DNA of 64,000 nt from Rhodospirillales bacterium. GTDB taxonomy: Bacteria; Pseudomonadota; Alphaproteobacteria; Bin95. Shown here piece after piece: positions 61,263-64,000 of the stretch. The position numbers and the translations under genes are program-made. The first letter of the stretch is position 1. Each line of letters begins with the position of its first letter. The notes below the pieces were generated by a model. It saw nothing but the letters and a program-made list of their open reading frames with translations, did not search any database and had not been told where the DNA came from. The stretch is taken from positions 29,114-93,113 of the forward strand of contig JAYQLI010000042.1 in NCBI GenBank assembly GCA_038143065.1, given 5' to 3'.

Positions 61263-62374
61263 TCACTTTGGCCCAAGAGCGAGCGTTCGATAGAGATCCT
61301 CCAAAGATCGCGTCGCGGTTCAGATCGTAAGCCTCTGACATCAAATGTCTTTTGCCCTCGCGCTCCCAATAGAGATCATCATTCCAGAGTTGGCGACGTT
61401 GTTTCATGGACTGAAACGTAATTGTCATCAAACAGCCACGCGACATTGATGATGTCCCAAATGACCCCAAGTCTTGGTTTCTGATCGGTGATCGCGAACA
61501 TCTCGTGAAGTGGGTTGTTGGTGTAGAGATGCCAAAGATACGCGCCAATCGCCCCATGGGGTTTCACGAATTGCTCCATCTCTGGATAAGAGATTTTGAG
61601 CTGCGCACCCACGTGATAGCCAGGCAGATAAACATGCGGCACGCCGCACTCGAACAGCAATTGCGAGGCAAGGCGATCTTGCACGAGGTTTAGCGATGGC
61701 TCGTTACAAAAGGGCGAATAGCTGGGAAGGATGCGGTCCAAACCACGACGATATTGTCGATGATATCAGGTGCCACCAAGAGCGCGGATGCAATATTGGT
61801 TAGTGCGCCCATGGCGAGGATGTAGACAGGGCCATCTTCGCGATTGCGGGCTTGCTTGATTATAAAACGGTGGGACTCGGTTTCAATCGGCGTGTCGAAG
61901 TCTGTCAGGTAACCTGGGGCACCGCGAAAGACTTTGCCGTCTGATGGAACGCCGCATTTCTCGAAAATGGTCAAGATTTCTTGATAAGAGAGTTCAACAC
62001 CTTCTTCTGGCGTGTAGAATGTCACGTCCTCGGCGTTGCGCCCCGCGTCCACAATGCTTTGCGCCCAGCCACCAGAGTCCGCCAATGAATTTTTCTTCGA
62101 CATGATCTTTCGGTCCACCATTTTTCAGAATGCGAACCGATTCAATAAGCCCCTCTTGATGGTGCTGGAAAGAAAACGGAACAGCGGTCACGCCTTCGAG
62201 TTTTAGGCGCTCTGGAGGAGTAACGCCCAAGCAAGCGCATACTGATCGTCGATCTCATTGGCTGTGTCCGTATCAATGATCACGCGCGCCGTGCTCAGGG
62301 CGCGCAAGGCGGCTGCGCATCAAATCGTCATCTAGTTTTGGAAACCGAGCAATAGCGTCTTTCAAAGTGGTCAT
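61263..62374 (-). CDS. Nucleoside hydrolase (IU-NH family)
   Basis: VIIDTDTANEIDDQYA, MGALTNIASAL, VIWDIINVAW. Confidence 0.82.
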
Positions 62375-62383
62375 GTCTTATCC

Positions 62384-62579
62384 TTAATTTCCAAAGCCTT
62401 TGCCAAAGGCCTCTTCTTTGATGAACCGCTCGGTGATGAGCAGGAGAATGATACCCGGAACGGTCACAACCAAAGTGATGCCAGCGGCAGAGGCATCCAG
62501 CGTACCGCCCGAAATTTTCGAGAACAGCAGCGTTGGTAGGGTGATGATTTTGCCTTGTCCATGAAGAAGGTCAGCAGGA
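62384..62579 (-). pseudogene. C-terminal fragment of an ABC permease truncated by IS6
   Basis: TLPTLLF..AAGITLVVTVPGIILLLITERFI; abuts the IS6 IR. Confidence 0.65.
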
Positions 62580-63396
62580 GGTGCTGTCAGACGAATGAGA
62601 ACTCGCATCGGATTGCTTGCGCAGCTTTAATCTATGCGCTCAATAGTTGGCGCCACTCAGTAAGAGCGGCGGCACGGTTTAGCTTGAAATTGTCTCGTGA
62701 GTAGAAGTGGCGCTCCTGATTGAAATGGTTGTGGACTGAAGAGTGAACGGCAGCGAACTTTTGCAGACAGCGCATCTGTCGAAAGCGGAGCATGGCGCGT
62801 TCTCGTCGTCGAAACGGCAAGTGGGAATTCTCAGCCTGATTATTTACCCAGCGACCCGTTTCCTGCCGATCCGCGTTGCCAACAACTTTCATTGCAGCGC
62901 CGTAGGAACATAGTTTGTCCGTCACAACTACTTCTGGCCCGCCGTAGCGCTTCATTGCTTTTCTGAGGAATTTCAATGCCGCTTTGCGGTCTCGGCGCTT
63001 GGTGACATAACTTTCCAGCACCTCACCTTCGTGATCAACGGCCCGCCAGAGGTAATGCGTCTCTCCGTTGATCTTCACAAAGACTTCGTCCAGGTGCCAC
63101 TGCCAGTTCGAATACGATCGCATCCGACTAACCCGATTTCTTCGTATCTCAGCAGCAAACATCGGACCAAATCTATTCCACCAAAACCGAACTGTTTCGT
63201 GGCTGATCTCAATGCCTCGTTCGTGCAGAAGATCTTCCACGTTACGGAGTGAGAGCGGAAACCAAACATAAAGCATCACAGCCAAGCGGATGATCTCAGG
63301 GCTCGTTTTAAAATACCTGAATGGGGAGTGTTTGTCATACGGCGAGGCTACGAGACCACCCTGCCCGTCTCAAGCTCGTTTTGGTCCGACAGGACC
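62580..63396 (-). mobile_element. IS6-family element with near-intact transposase (62632-63338)
   Basis: 217-aa ORF with WHLDEV, VVTDK and ENSH; IRs GGTGCTGTCAGAC and GTCCGACAGGACC. Confidence 0.95.
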
Positions 63397-63773
63397 ACGC
63401 CGAGGCCCTAGACGCTCTAGGGAAGCTCCGAGGAGGACAATGTGCCTTCCGGCAACGCTGCATTCATCTGTCACCCGACAGACTACGCAACGCTCGCTGC
63501 AACGGTCGTAGATAGCGGCTCAGGTCGCTTTGTGGTCGAGAATGGCGCGATACTGGGCCAACGAGTGTGGTTCAATCAACTCTGGCAACTGCTGGCACTG
63601 TTATCTTGGGTGATTACTCTCACCTAATTGTTGCGATGTTTGGCGGCACTGATTTGATCGTCGATCCTTACAGCAGCGCAACCTCAGCAACGGTCAAGAT
63701 TACTACGCACAATTTTGCGGACGTTTGAGTTCGTCATCCCGTAGCGTTCTGCAAGATAACGCTTACGGCGTAA
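63397..63773 (+). pseudogene. C-terminal part of an HK97-fold phage major capsid protein, 5' part removed by IS6
   Basis: Manual translation: AFICHPTDYATL...DSGSGRFVVENGAILG...GTVILGDYSHLIVAMFGGTDLIVDPYSSATSATVKITTHNFADV*VRHPVAFCKI. Confidence 0.75.
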
Positions 63774-63777
63774 AGAT

Positions 63778-63821
63778 AGCTGCGGTTTTCGGGTTTCCTC
63801 TTCCCCTGGGTCGCCGCAGCT
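63778..63821 (+). terminator. Hairpin immediately after the capsid gene
   Basis: AGCTGCGG...CCGCAGCT. Confidence 0.35.
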
Positions 63822-64000
63822 TGCCCCCATCTCATCACTGTCCTCTGCGTGGTTATTCTGCGTTTGTCGTGTGAGGTGGGAACTAATTTGCCAAATCGTT
63901 GTGTCTCAGGGTGTTTGATCATTGTGGTATACCAACTGGCATATAAATAAGCATAATTTATCTCTATAATACTGTTTTTATTATATATTATTCAATTATA

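Noticed and set aside
1-64000. Pervasive frameshifts read as mass pseudogenisation or programmed frameshifting
   Set aside because: Indels affect nearly all genes, often at homopolymers, which is best explained by sequencing error.

Overview
This is error-prone, indel-rich sequence (long-read-like), so most genes are split across several ORF-track fragments. Gene content points to a marine Rhodobacteraceae/Roseobacter-group chromosome. There are four parts. (1) 1-23197 is an AT-rich genomic island ending at a tRNA-Asn 3'-half att site beside a tyrosine integrase. It carries pbpC, an ExoI-like nuclease, an HNH gene, a ChvI/ChvG-like pair, an IS3, a small FimB-like tyrosine recombinase, Schlafen/AlbA_2 and HEPN-like genes, a type I R-M operon and a HUH-motif protein. 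(2) 23.2-47.4 kb holds an EptA-like transferase, two glpD copies, a TcuA/PrpF/Tct tricarboxylate cluster and sugar enzymes. (3) 47.5-63.4 kb is a GC-richer block bounded by IS3/IS6 elements, with mocDEF-like demethylase genes, a divergent panB-like gene, iolG, an inositol-type ABC transporter and a nucleoside hydrolase. (4) 63.4-63.8 kb is an unannotated HK97-like major capsid gene fragment. The most striking unexplained signal is a family of 34-35 bp palindromic sites (AACTGA-N16/17-CTATAATCAGTC). They sit next to the small recombinase and bound the defence-gene modules in alternating orientation, suggesting a recombinase-driven defence cassette or inversion system.
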